A stretch of 64,000 nucleotides of DNA from an uncultured Candidatus Saccharibacteria bacterium (GTDB lineage: Bacteria; Patescibacteriota; Doudnabacteria; UBA920), in the NCBI GenBank assembly GCA_964473815.1, contig CAYYQK010000003.1, forward strand, positions 23,115 to 87,114, in the 5' to 3' direction. Numbering within the stretch: position 1 is the stretch's first letter; each line of letters begins with the position of its first letter. The notes under the pieces are model-generated. The model had not been told where the DNA came from, ran no database searches, and saw only the letters and a program-made list of their open reading frames with translations. Position numbers and translations under genes: made by a program. This document shows positions 1 to 8,582 of the stretch, one piece after another.

Positions 1-298
1 CTTCGCGGTCTGTCATTGACTCAGGCACTGCATATACAAGTGGCTTTTTAATTGTTGTGGCAACAGTGTCAGGTTGGCCAGAAAAACGATCACCTATTTT
101 AATTTCACCACGGACTGCAGGAATGGTGTTTAAACTGGTTCGCTGGCCATCAGCCTGAACCCGGAAGTCGCCGCCTTGCGCCAGTTGCAAAGCACTTAGG
201 CGTAGAGCGATAATCGCAAACGATAGAAACAAAAGAACAGTCAAAACGACCATTCTTTTTCGAAACACTTTTTCTAAGGAATATCCTTTTGGAGCCAT
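1..298 (-). CDS. ftsI: Peptidoglycan D,D-transpeptidase FtsI/PBP N-terminus, partial (runs off the window)
   Basis: Reverse translation from ATG at 298-296 gives MAPKGYSLEKVFRKRMVVLTVLLFLSFAIIALRLSALQLAQGGDFRVQADGQRTSLNTIPAVRGEIKIGDRFSG...PLVYAVPESM. This is a TM anchor followed by the IPA.RG.I.DR motif typical of class B PBPs. Sits downstream of ftsL as in dcw clusters. Confidence 0.6.
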   Translation of the reverse strand, partial: MAPKGYSLEKVFRKRMVVLTVLLFLSFAIIALRLSALQLAQGGDFRVQADGQRTSLNTIPAVRGEIKIGDRFSGQPDTVATTIKKPLVYAVPESMTDRE

Positions 299-335
299 GC
301 TGTTACATACTTTCTGAGCGATATCGTTGGCGCGA

Positions 336-704
336 CTATCGCGAACTCAACTGATTAGCTGATAAAAATTCCTGATTTGTTACTGGCACCATCCCTGCAG
401 TAGAAGCGACATCATTTACTTTCACGATCGAACCAAGGGCAGCTTGTTGTACTACAAGGCGCTTCTGAATTTCATTCAGCTCATCGACTTTAGCTTGTTC
501 TTTTTTTAATTCGTATCCTTTAGAAACCGATGCATTAGTAAAATAAATATAAGATCCAACTCCGATAACCGACAACACCAGGCATAAAGTACTCAGTGCG
601 CTGGTAACAGCAGACCAGTTCATTGGTTTGCGCGGGCGAGCGCTTTTTACGGCAGTGCGAGTGCTGCGAACTGGACTAGTGGTAAAGGAATTGATTGATG
701 GCAT
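336..704 (-). CDS. ftsL: FtsL-like cell division protein
   Basis: 122 aa with a single TM (LSTLCLVLSVIGVGSYIYF) and a coiled-coil C-terminal part. Lies between rsmH and ftsI in canonical dcw order. Confidence 0.5.
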   Translation of the reverse strand: MPSINSFTTSPVRSTRTAVKSARPRKPMNWSAVTSALSTLCLVLSVIGVGSYIYFTNASVSKGYELKKEQAKVDELNEIQKRLVVQQAALGSIVKVNDVASTAGMVPVTNQEFLSANQLSSR

Positions 705-728
705 TTTGTTTTTGAAGAAGGTTTAATT

Positions 729-1706
729 TTAGTAAAGTTTGCGGATCGCGCGAAGTTTGGCAGGATTACTGCGGGAATTTTCGACAAGTTCATCCGGCTC
801 CGCGGTAACAGGTTTTTTGGTGAGGATCTGCGCGCGGGGCGTGCGTCCACACTTACAGATTGGGAAATCTTTCGGGCAGATACATCCTTTGGCAGCTTGG
901 ACGAAAAATTCTTTCACCATACGGTCTTCCAAAGAATGAAACGAAACGATTACAATTACTCCGCCTGGTTTTACTAAGTCCAGCGCTTTGGGCAAAAAGT
1001 TTTCTAAATTTTCCAACTCATGATTGACTGCAATGCGAAGAGCTTGGAAAATTCTGCGGGCATTGTCTGTCCACTTGTGCTGAACAGGTTTTGGCAGGGC
1101 TTGCTGAATGATTTCGGTTAAATCGGTTGTGTACTGCAGTGGTGTTTCTGCTCTGGCGCGAACAATAGCGCGGGCGATGCGCTTGCTTTCTTTGTCCTCG
1201 CCATACTCGCGGAAGATTTTCGTTAAATCTTCTTCGGAGTATTCATTGAGGATAAATCGTGCGTCTGGTTCGTTACTTCCCAAATCAAAGCGCATATCCA
1301 GCGGTTCTTTCTTTTGAAAAGTAATTCCTCGGCCAGACTGATCTAACTGGAAGCTAGAAAGCCCGATGTCAGCCACAATACCGTCGATAGCATTTAAACC
1401 AAAAAAGTTTTCATGATTTTCTAAAGCTTTATCTATCTGGGCAAAATTACCATGTACCAAAGTCAAATTTTTTGATTTGATTTCGGCATCAAAGTTGTGA
1501 CGGGCATTGTTTAGAGCAGACTCGTCTAAATCGATGCTCAAAATTGCGCCATCGCTACCAACAGCTTTCAATAATTCAGCAGTGTATCCCCCGCCACCCA
1601 AAGTTGCATCTACAAATCTTTGGCCAGGCTGAGGATTCAGTAATGTAATCGCTTGTTTTAAAAGAACGGGAACGTGATTGTACTCTTGCAAAGTTTCAGA
1701 AGCCAT
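729..1706 (-). CDS. rsmH: 16S rRNA (cytosine1402-N4)-methyltransferase RsmH
   Basis: 325 aa, HVPVLL...DATLGGGGY...SFHSLEDR motifs. Immediately downstream of mraZ, with a 1-nt gap. Confidence 0.9.
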   Translation of the reverse strand: MASETLQEYNHVPVLLKQAITLLNPQPGQRFVDATLGGGGYTAELLKAVGSDGAILSIDLDESALNNARHNFDAEIKSKNLTLVHGNFAQIDKALENHENFFGLNAIDGIVADIGLSSFQLDQSGRGITFQKKEPLDMRFDLGSNEPDARFILNEYSEEDLTKIFREYGEDKESKRIARAIVRARAETPLQYTTDLTEIIQQALPKPVQHKWTDNARRIFQALRIAVNHELENLENFLPKALDLVKPGGVIVIVSFHSLEDRMVKEFFVQAAKGCICPKDFPICKCGRTPRAQILTKKPVTAEPDELVENSRSNPAKLRAIRKLY

Positions 1707-1707
1707 T

Positions 1708-2139
1708 TTAGACTCCTAAATCCCCTAATGATTCAGCAATTTGATTGCTGTTTTTTTCTGTTTGTGTCTTGTACTTGCTCCAGAGTTCTTCACTCCAGAT
1801 TTCTACGCGATTATACAAACCAGTAAAGACTAGTTTTTTATTTATCTTCGCGAATTCTTTTAAGTACCCCGGCAGGACAATGCGACCTTGTTTATCGATG
1901 TCGCAATCCATTGCTCCTGCAAGCATTAGACGAGAAAAGGCCCTCGTGTTAGCAGTAGAAATTGGGAGACTAGCCAATTTGTCTGCGAGCTTTTTCCATT
2001 CGTCTAATGTATACAGAACCAGCGAATTGTCGAGACCGCGGGTTACTACGACTTGGTTTTTTAAAGAACTACGAAACTTAGATGGGATGCTGATGCGAGC
2101 CTTATCATCAATTGTGCCATTGTATTCACCGATAAACAT
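1708..2139 (-). CDS. mraZ: Transcriptional regulator MraZ
   Basis: 143 aa with duplicated MraZ fold motifs (DDKARISIP ... DKQGRIVLP). First gene of the dcw cluster. Confidence 0.9.
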   Translation of the reverse strand: MFIGEYNGTIDDKARISIPSKFRSSLKNQVVVTRGLDNSLVLYTLDEWKKLADKLASLPISTANTRAFSRLMLAGAMDCDIDKQGRIVLPGYLKEFAKINKKLVFTGLYNRVEIWSEELWSKYKTQTEKNSNQIAESLGDLGV

Positions 2140-2195
2140 TTTCTAAAGTTTTCCTAAGGATTTCTTAAAGTTTCTTATTTGTGGTGGGGGGTTGT

Positions 2196-2262
2196 CCACT
2201 TTTCCACCCACTTATCCCCACTTTGACCCACTTTCTGCCACTTGTATTCATTATATCCCACA
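2196..2262 (-). promoter_or_regulatory. mraZ promoter: -10 TATAAT (rc of 2251-2256) followed by five phased direct repeats AAGTGG(G) (MraZ-box-like array)
   Basis: On the plus strand CCACTT ends at 2201, 2213, 2223, 2233 and 2243 (spacing 12, 10, 10, 10). On the minus strand this reads AAGTGG(G) repeated between the -10 and the mraZ ATG. Confidence 0.5.
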
Positions 2263-2306
2263 AAACCCCATGTAGCAATGCAAAATTACTATTGTCAAAA
2301 TAAAAA

Positions 2307-2330
2307 AAGCCTTATGTTTAAAAGGCTTTT
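2307..2330. terminator. Hairpin AAGCCTT-N8-AAGGCTT flanked by A-run/T-run (bidirectional terminator-like), between divergent promoters
   Basis: aaaaaaagccttatgtttaaaaggcttttgg; the T-run is stronger on the minus strand. Confidence 0.3.
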
Positions 2331-2410
2331 GGCGTATAGAACAAAAGTGGGATGAGTTATCCCCGATTGCCTTATTTTCTTGTTAGTTGTTGTTAAGTTA
2401 AGGTGATTCC

Positions 2411-2439
2411 TTGACCAAAAGAAAAATTATTTATACAAT
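2411..2439 (+). promoter_or_regulatory. Sigma70-like promoter TTGACC-17-TACAAT
   Basis: TTGACC at 2411-2416, 17-nt spacer, TACAAT at 2434-2439. A GGAGG SD and ATG at 2475 follow about 30 nt later. Confidence 0.4.
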
Positions 2440-2474
2440 AGACTATCGATAACGCCAAAACTGGAGGAATTACC

Positions 2475-2678
2475 ATGACAGCAGTTAAGTCAGCAGCTGA
2501 GGTAGACATTTTAGAATTGGCCGCTCGTGCGGTAAGTTGCTATCAACAACCGATCATTTCCCCGCTGTATCCCAGCGCGAGACCACCGCATCGGATTAGG
2601 GCTATAATCCGATGGCACCGGATGAGAAGAAACAAACGAAGGAGGGAAAAGGAGAATGGCACCAATCTTTTATCTTAA
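2475..2678 (+). CDS. Small Arg-rich hypothetical protein (67 aa)
   Basis: GGAGG sits 8 nt upstream of the ATG. The C-terminal half is very basic. Overlaps the next ORF by 23 nt in another frame. Confidence 0.3.
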   Translation: MTAVKSAAEVDILELAARAVSCYQQPIISPLYPSARPPHRIRAIIRWHRMRRNKRRREKENGTNLLS

Positions 2679-2940
2679 AGAACCGAGATACTCCCCACGC
2701 ATTAAATGCGATGGGTGCAATGTCAAAGTCGGTCACGAGCACAAATGCCTCGGCATCGTAAGGGTCAAAGATTTTATGATCCGCATCATCCATCTCACAG
2801 GACACGAAAATATACCAGACTATGGCAAAGACGGCATCATCTATGAGGGAAGGGCCGGCGACCTTTCGACCAACCTTATAGAGACTGTGTGTTTTTGTGA
2901 ACTGTGCAACAGTCTTTTCACCAACAGGGCTAAAATTTAA
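2656..2940 (+). CDS. Small zinc-ribbon-like protein (94 aa)
   Basis: Double SD (GGAGGGAAAAGGAGA) before the ATG. CxxC (C18/C21) plus a C-terminal CxCxxC. Convergent with the spoU-family gene; a terminator lies downstream. Confidence 0.4.
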   Translation: MAPIFYLKEPRYSPRIKCDGCNVKVGHEHKCLGIVRVKDFMIRIIHLTGHENIPDYGKDGIIYEGRAGDLSTNLIETVCFCELCNSLFTNRAKI

Positions 2941-2967
2941 CAAACACGCCCGTTCGGGTAGTTCTAA

Positions 2968-2996
2968 GACGATCCACTGGACCGTCTTTAATTTTG
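2968..2996 (+). terminator. Rho-independent terminator (GACGATCCA-C-TGGACCGTC + TTTAATTTTG)
   Basis: 8/9-bp hairpin followed by a T-rich run. Located in the 3' end of the convergent SpoU gene. Confidence 0.4.
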
Positions 2997-3473
2997 CCTC
3001 AATGCGTACAATGCAATCCCGCAAGCAACAGAAACATTCAAGCTTTCTTTTTGGCCTTGCATTGGGAAGTCTATAATGTCATCACACAAGTCTAGAATCT
3101 TTTTAGTATGACCTTTGGTTTCTTCCCCAAGGATTAATGCAAGTGGGAACTTAGCTTTATACTTTCCCAGAGGCGTAATCTTGTATTTTTTATTATTCTC
3201 TAAAGCCACAATGCGTACGCCACTTTTGCGTAACTTCGTAATTAATCTCACCACAGAACGGGTTTGCTCCCATACCACAAATTGTTCCGCACCCAAAGCC
3301 ACTTTATGAATCTTTTCTGCATTCTTCCCTTCTGGAAAACCCGTATAACCAGTTAAATAAACCTTACTTACCCCAAATCCATCAGCAGCACGAAAAATCG
3401 ATCCCACATTGTAGAGGGATCGAATATTATGCGCGATCACATAAATTTCTTTACTCTTTTTCGATTTTTGCAT
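2988..3473 (-). CDS. SpoU/TrmH-family RNA 2'-O-methyltransferase (SPOUT)
   Basis: 161 aa with IRSLYNVGSIFRAADGFGV and GEETKG motifs typical of the SpoU family. Confidence 0.7.
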   Translation of the reverse strand: MQKSKKSKEIYVIAHNIRSLYNVGSIFRAADGFGVSKVYLTGYTGFPEGKNAEKIHKVALGAEQFVVWEQTRSVVRLITKLRKSGVRIVALENNKKYKITPLGKYKAKFPLALILGEETKGHTKKILDLCDDIIDFPMQGQKESLNVSVACGIALYALRQN

Positions 3474-4023
3474 TCTTTTTAGTCTGATAGAAGAAAACTA
3501 CAATATACACCAAAATCAAAAGGGTGTAATTTACAGCCATAAAAGTTGGCGTAGCCCAGGAAATCCCATGATGATTCCTATAATTCGACAACGGAAACAA
3601 AAATGGGGTGGAATAAAAGTCAGGATGCGTAAAAATATCAATTACAATATGCAAAGCCCAGCCAAGCAGTGGCCAATAAAACCAAATTTTGTAATTAGCT
3701 TTGTCTTCTGTTTTATCTTTAGTGTAGAAATACCAATTCCCTATCGCAGTGACTATTCCCAGTATCAACAAAAAAATCACTAAGCTGTGCGAAAAGTTGT
3801 ACGCTTTTTGGGCGTAATTTAATGTCCAACTATTGCGTGCATTCAACAAAGCACTGGGTGTAAATATTATCCCGCTAAACACAAAGTAAATAAAGGCCGG
3901 CGAAAAAGCAATCAAATCCGGGAGCACGCCAAAAAAAGCAGCGATGTATCTTTTTTTACGCTGCTTACTATACTTTGAACGATATAGAGCATTGGTCCAC
4001 AAGACGTGGGCAAAAACATCCAT
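3451..4023 (-). CDS. Membrane-bound metal-dependent hydrolase-like protein (YdjM/DUF457-like)
   Basis: 190 aa, polytopic, with HVLWT...LPDLIAF...HIVIDIFTH histidine motifs. Confidence 0.45.
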   Translation of the reverse strand: MDVFAHVLWTNALYRSKYSKQRKKRYIAAFFGVLPDLIAFSPAFIYFVFSGIIFTPSALLNARNSWTLNYAQKAYNFSHSLVIFLLILGIVTAIGNWYFYTKDKTEDKANYKIWFYWPLLGWALHIVIDIFTHPDFYSTPFLFPLSNYRNHHGISWATPTFMAVNYTLLILVYIVVFFYQTKKNAKIEKE

Positions 4024-4037
4024 AAATTAAATTGCGA

Positions 4038-4424
4038 TTAGCTCTGAGCGGATGAGGGTCTCGCAAGTACTTCGTTTACTTTAGCGATAATCTGATCCAT
4101 AGTCTGCTCGCTCTTCAACAAATAATCCTTAACTCCAGCTTCCATAATTTTACTGACAGTGTCTGGATCACTTAAATTGGTAAGCATTACAACCGGAATC
4201 TTGGCTAATTCTGGATCAGCCTTTAATTCCCACGCCACGCCAAAACCGTCCATTTTCGGCATCATGATGTCGAGCAAGATTATGTCGGGTTTGGTTTCTT
4301 TAATTTTCGCTAAAGATTCTTCGCCGTCATAAGCAGGAATCGCATCGAATCCAGCAGCCTTGAAACTGTCGATTAAAGAATCGGAGATTAATTTATCATC
4401 TTCTGCGCAAACAATTTTAGCCAT
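4038..4424 (-). CDS. Single-domain response regulator (CheY-like receiver)
   Basis: 128 aa. DD...D(54) in ILLDIMMPKMDG, plus conserved T and K. Lies downstream of the histidine kinase. Confidence 0.8.
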   Translation of the reverse strand: MAKIVCAEDDKLISDSLIDSFKAAGFDAIPAYDGEESLAKIKETKPDIILLDIMMPKMDGFGVAWELKADPELAKIPVVMLTNLSDPDTVSKIMEAGVKDYLLKSEQTMDQIIAKVNEVLARPSSAQS

Positions 4425-4464
4425 ATTTAAGAGATATTTAAGATATAGAAATTATACGCTTTTT

Positions 4465-6132
4465 TTAACCCTGTGGCAAACTGAAGTAGAAAGTCGAGCC
4501 CAAGTTTTCACCGGCACTCTCTGCCCAAATTTTACCACCATGAGCTTCAACTATACCCTTACTAACAACCAGGCCAAGTCCAGTCCCCTTACGCGAGGAA
4601 TCATAACTCTTTAATTGCTTAAACTTCGAGAATAGCGAATTCAAATCTTCACGACTTACACCAATACCAGTATCTTTAATACTAATGATAATTCGCTTGG
4701 ATGAATTTTCTACGTTCAAACTAACATCAATTTGCCCGCTGTCGGTGTACTTAATAGCATTGCTCAAAAGGTTTGTAATAACCTGAGAAATTCTGACGCG
4801 ATCGAATTTCGCCATCAATTTTTCCGGACCAATGTAATTGATAGCCAAATGCTTGCCAGTGGCCTGTGGTTCGAAAGTTTTTAGTTCATCACGAATGACT
4901 TCCACCATTTCATACTCCTGCATATTCAAATCAAACTTGCCGGCTTCAATTTTTGCAACATCGAGCAAGTCATTCACCAAATCAAGCATGTTCGTAGCAG
5001 CAACTTCGATTGTACCAATGCTGTCTTTTAATTTCGCTGCATCAGTTTGAGCTTTGGCATCTGATAAAGATTTTATTAATGATTCACTGGACCATCGTAC
5101 AGCGGTTAAAGGCGCGCGAAGTTCGTGCACCATCATGGCCGTAAATTCCTGACGCAATTTCTCCAAAGATTTTTCACTGGTTACATCATGCAAAATAACC
5201 GCTACGCCACGATGAATGCCGGCCTTGTCTCGCACCGGTGTTAAGGTAATGTCCATCACTTTGTCGTGCAAATATACTTCAGGGATATTCACAGGCATAT
5301 TTTTTGCCAATGTTTCATCCATTTTTAGGCGCATGTCGACTTTGCCAGCTAAAGCATCAACAATATCAAAAGTAGTAACTTCCATAGCTACTGGCAACCG
5401 TAACATGTCCATAACTGCTGGATTTGAAATAACTAGTTCGTAGTCGAGGTCTACCATAAACACTCCGTCTGTCATGGAAGCGATAATACCTGCTAATTTC
5501 CCTTTTTCGTTTTCAAGCACGCCCTGCAGCTGGCTTACCGCGAAAGCTGCCTGGTTAGTAATTGTATAAACCACTTCTGCTTGGTCCTTACCAAACAAGT
5601 TTGGAGTGGACGAAGAAATATTTATCAAACCAAGCAATTGGCCATCGATGATAACTGGAATATTTAAAAAAGAAGCAATTTGCGTGTCCAAACTGTCATC
5701 AAGAATTGCCCCGCTCATGCGTTCATCAATTTTTCCTAAAGCAATATTCTGATCACAAATGGCTGCTGTCGCCGCCTGCATTTTTTCTTTTACCTGTGCG
5801 ATAAAAGCGTGATTCACGCTATGGTGAACATGACATTTAAACACTACGGTTTTAGGATCAGAGAATAACATAAATGACACCGTTTGATACTTCAGCAAAT
5901 ATCCGATACTACCAGTAACGATTTCAATGATCTTGCTGGTGTCGATAGTGTAGCCAATGCGCTCGTTGATCTCCTGCAGCACCTGAATTTGATACATGCG
6001 TTGCTGTAATTCCTGAGACCTAGCAGTCACACCGCTCAGTTCGGCTTTTTCACGCAAATGTCTACGGATATACAAAAAGACCACGGAGCCCAGCAGGACA
6101 AAATCAACAAATAAACTAATAATAACTATCAT
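4465..6132 (-). CDS. Sensor histidine kinase (N-terminal TM, GAF/PAS-like region, HisKA + HATPase_c)
   Basis: 555 aa. H-box HELRAPLTAV. N, G1 (DTGIGV) and G2 (GTGLGLVVSKGIVEAHGG) boxes. Confidence 0.85.
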   Translation of the reverse strand: MIVIISLFVDFVLLGSVVFLYIRRHLREKAELSGVTARSQELQQRMYQIQVLQEINERIGYTIDTSKIIEIVTGSIGYLLKYQTVSFMLFSDPKTVVFKCHVHHSVNHAFIAQVKEKMQAATAAICDQNIALGKIDERMSGAILDDSLDTQIASFLNIPVIIDGQLLGLINISSSTPNLFGKDQAEVVYTITNQAAFAVSQLQGVLENEKGKLAGIIASMTDGVFMVDLDYELVISNPAVMDMLRLPVAMEVTTFDIVDALAGKVDMRLKMDETLAKNMPVNIPEVYLHDKVMDITLTPVRDKAGIHRGVAVILHDVTSEKSLEKLRQEFTAMMVHELRAPLTAVRWSSESLIKSLSDAKAQTDAAKLKDSIGTIEVAATNMLDLVNDLLDVAKIEAGKFDLNMQEYEMVEVIRDELKTFEPQATGKHLAINYIGPEKLMAKFDRVRISQVITNLLSNAIKYTDSGQIDVSLNVENSSKRIIISIKDTGIGVSREDLNSLFSKFKQLKSYDSSRKGTGLGLVVSKGIVEAHGGKIWAESAGENLGSTFYFSLPQG

Positions 6133-6455
6133 TGCTTGCTGTGATCTATTAATTCACAACTCAAACGCACATTCGGCATGGGCTGATTGTATTCCAAAAA
6201 TATATCTGGATACTTGTCGAGAAGTAAACGCAGTTGTAGGAGCGCAACTGGCTGTGAGAGCTGTTGATATTGGCTCATTAATTTTGCTAAAACCTTAAGC
6301 GGTTCGCCTTGAATAGCCGCGACTTCACCATGCGCTTCTATTTGTAAACCTGGCGTATTTGCGGCAATTTCTCTGGCAATGTTATCACCAAAGATAATCA
6401 TGTGCCGGCGCACCAGCTCAGTTAAGAAATTTTTATAAGTTTGAATCGGAACCAT
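6129..6455 (-). CDS. Hypothetical protein translationally coupled (ATGA overlap) to the histidine kinase
   Basis: 108 aa, soluble. 4-nt overlap with the kinase start. First gene of the TCS operon. Confidence 0.5.
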   Translation of the reverse strand: MVPIQTYKNFLTELVRRHMIIFGDNIAREIAANTPGLQIEAHGEVAAIQGEPLKVLAKLMSQYQQLSQPVALLQLRLLLDKYPDIFLEYNQPMPNVRLSCELIDHSKQ

Positions 6456-6503
6456 TTTGTTTTGTCTTTGGTTTTGGTGTCATTTTCCAATCAAAGTCAA
6501 TTT

Positions 6504-6512
6504 ATTATACCA
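6504..6512 (-). promoter_or_regulatory. Extended -10 promoter TGGTATAAT (minus strand) for the TCS operon
   Basis: Plus strand reads ATTATACCA. The same 9-mer recurs upstream of several minus-strand operons. Confidence 0.35.
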
Positions 6513-6540
6513 CAAACAAATCACTAAGACAAAATAAAAA

Positions 6541-6575
6541 GGCGGCCTAACTTCGGCGCGCCTTCCTCTTAAAAT
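6541..6575 (-). terminator. Rho-independent terminator after the 93-aa gene
   Basis: GC-rich hairpin (AAGGCGGCC...GGCGCGCCTT). On the minus strand it is followed by TTTTTATTTT. Confidence 0.5.
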
Positions 6576-6586
6576 CAGACCCCGAA

Positions 6587-6868
6587 CTAGGCCGTCACAG
6601 CTTGTTCCCCATGGTCGTCTAAACAAGGATTTTCCAAAAACTCTTCTACTGTTACGATCGGGGTATCGTACACACCCCCATTTGAGTAATCCTTACCTAC
6701 GACACTATTAAAATGCGCTACCGCATCCTCTGGCATTGTTGAACCATCTTTGGGCCATTTTCCGATGTAATCTGCGAAAACCGAGTCAGTGAGCTCAGCA
6801 TCTTCTATGTCGTTGAATTCTTCTCCTTGATCAAAAACTGGGGTGTGTTGAGCATTGGTGTCTTTCAT
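6587..6868 (-). CDS. Acidic hypothetical protein (93 aa) downstream of dinB
   Basis: D/E-rich, no TM. Preceded by an SD-like sequence and followed by a terminator. Confidence 0.5.
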   Translation of the reverse strand: MKDTNAQHTPVFDQGEEFNDIEDAELTDSVFADYIGKWPKDGSTMPEDAVAHFNSVVGKDYSNGGVYDTPIVTVEEFLENPCLDDHGEQAVTA

Positions 6869-6922
6869 CTATCTAGTCCTCCGATAGTTTCAGAATATAA
6901 TACTTCCCCAGTGTAGCATAAA

Positions 6923-8278
6923 TTATTTAAATCTGCCTTGGCTGCCGGCCATGAAAGTGGTTTTGAACTCTTTCATGCGGCCAAAACCAACTGAGTCGCG
7001 AATAATGTCGCGCGCTAGAAATGCTGGTACGCGTGCAATGGTAAAATCATTATATTTGTTGTTGATTTTGTCGAGCGCGGCGCTAAGTTGGGAGCGGGTT
7101 TTAGCGCGGCGTTGTCCTTCCGGAGTTGCAGATTCAAATAAATTTTGTTGCTGGACTTGCGGGGCTAACCCAAACACAGTTACGCCAACTAAGTAAGAAC
7201 GCTTTTCGATATTTTCCAGTTCGCCGCTCGAGCGCAAGAGATTCATGGCTTCTAAATATATTTCACGGCCATCTTGTAAGTAATAGCTGAGCTGCGCGCC
7301 CTTACCTACATGCATGCGCTCGGGGTCGTGAACGTGCACGTGAATGCCATTACCCATCACTCCGTTAACGCGCAGGCGCGCTGCCACCATTTCTGACAAC
7401 TTGTATAGCACTGGTCTCATAATATTTTTGTCGCGATATTCCATGGGAATTGTGTACATATGACCAATTGACTTCATGCTGCCATCGGCTTGCGGATCAA
7501 AATCTTCTTTCCAACTCCCCTCTAGTTGTCCCATGCTATGTAAGTGATAACCCTGAATACCATAATGCGCCACTAACTTACTCAGCGGATAGTCCCGCAA
7601 CTCTGCCAAAGTTTTTATTCCCAACTGTCCTAAATTTGGCTTCATGCGCCGACCAATCCCGGGAATATCTTCCAAATCTAAACGCGAGTACAAACTATAC
7701 TTGTCTTCGGGCCGAATTACGACTAGCCCATTCGGTTTTTGGAGGTCAGAACAAATTTTGGCCACAAGTTTGCTGTAACTGATGCCAACGCTGCAGCGAA
7801 TCCAGTCGCCCACTTCGCGATACATCCGCGCTTTGATTTCTTGCGAGATTCTTACCGCTTCCAGCCATGGATCAGTTGGTTTCCATTTGCCGTGTTGTTT
7901 GGTACGAATGTTGCAGGCTTTGGTTAAATCTAAAAAGGCTTCGTCGATGCTGTACTTTTCGACTTTGTCTGTATAGTCTTCGAACACTTTTAAAAACCGC
8001 GCAGTGTAAAAACGATACCGGTCGGGATGGGTTTTAGTCAGATGAATTTTCGGATACAACTTTTTTGCTTCCCAAACCGGCGTCCCAGTTTTGATCCCCC
8101 ATCTTTTAGCTTCTACGCTGGCCGCAATAATAATCCCGCCCAAGTGTTCACACACTCCGACTGGCTTGCCGCGCCATCCCGGGTTATCTTGCTGTTCCAC
8201 TGTCGCAAAATACGAGTTCATGTCGATGTGGGCAATGATTTGTTGTGGCTCTATTGGCTCAGTTTTATTGGTCCCCAT
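6923..8278 (-). CDS. dinB: Y-family DNA polymerase IV
   Basis: 451 aa with IAHIDMNSYFATVE and SIDEAFLD motifs. Confidence 0.85.
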   Translation of the reverse strand: MGTNKTEPIEPQQIIAHIDMNSYFATVEQQDNPGWRGKPVGVCEHLGGIIIAASVEAKRWGIKTGTPVWEAKKLYPKIHLTKTHPDRYRFYTARFLKVFEDYTDKVEKYSIDEAFLDLTKACNIRTKQHGKWKPTDPWLEAVRISQEIKARMYREVGDWIRCSVGISYSKLVAKICSDLQKPNGLVVIRPEDKYSLYSRLDLEDIPGIGRRMKPNLGQLGIKTLAELRDYPLSKLVAHYGIQGYHLHSMGQLEGSWKEDFDPQADGSMKSIGHMYTIPMEYRDKNIMRPVLYKLSEMVAARLRVNGVMGNGIHVHVHDPERMHVGKGAQLSYYLQDGREIYLEAMNLLRSSGELENIEKRSYLVGVTVFGLAPQVQQQNLFESATPEGQRRAKTRSQLSAALDKINNKYNDFTIARVPAFLARDIIRDSVGFGRMKEFKTTFMAGSQGRFK

Positions 8279-8433
8279 CTTTATATGGTATACGATTGTT
8301 CACCCATTATCAAGAAAAAATAAAGAAAAACTGAAGATGGTGGATAACTAAGCAAAATTTTAGGAATCTTGATTGAAACTTTCAAAAAACTTTACATAGA
8401 ATTGAACTACGCTATGCAAAAATGAATTTACGT

Positions 8434-8507
8434 GGGCCGTGTCTCTGGTTGAGCAGAACAGAATTGCTACTCTATTCTTACGGGTTCGATCCCCGTCCGG
8501 TCCGCCA
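8434..8507 (+). tRNA. Atypical tRNA-like gene (74 nt with encoded CCA). Canonical T-arm, acceptor and D-stem, but a non-canonical anticodon arm; identity unresolved
   Basis: Acceptor GGGCCGT/CCGGTCC (6/7 pairs). D-stem TCTG/CAGA. Perfect T-arm ACGGG-TTCGATC-CCCGT. Discriminator G, then CCA. The anticodon arm is either AGAAT/ATTCT with a 9-nt loop, or a 7-nt loop GCUACUC closed by U.U (anticodon UAC). Confidence 0.4.
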
Positions 8508-8582
8508 CACTTGCTAAAGTGTTCGTATGCATGGTACGATATGCATAGCAATTCTGTTCTAAGGTCTGCCAGACCCAATAAA

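Noticed and set aside
647-850. Short ORFs antisense to or overlapping ftsL/rsmH (647..850 -, 739..939 +, 1108..1317 +, 1745..2146 +)
   Set aside because: They are embedded in strongly supported genes on the other strand or frame and have no SD. The same reasoning applies to the many 60-170-aa antisense ORFs inside hk, dinB, mreB, recJ, gpmI, eno, pgk, gap, tkt, dnaX, the ATPase and the r-protein genes.
2602-3024. 140-aa minus-strand ORF overlapping the SpoU gene end and antisense to the zinc-ribbon ORF
   Set aside because: It is codon-phase-locked antisense to a plus-strand ORF that has two perfect SD sequences and a promoter. Its C-terminus is the antisense of the SD region. It has no motif. 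A terminator-like hairpin at 2307-2330 could argue for minus-strand transcription, so this rejection is not certain.
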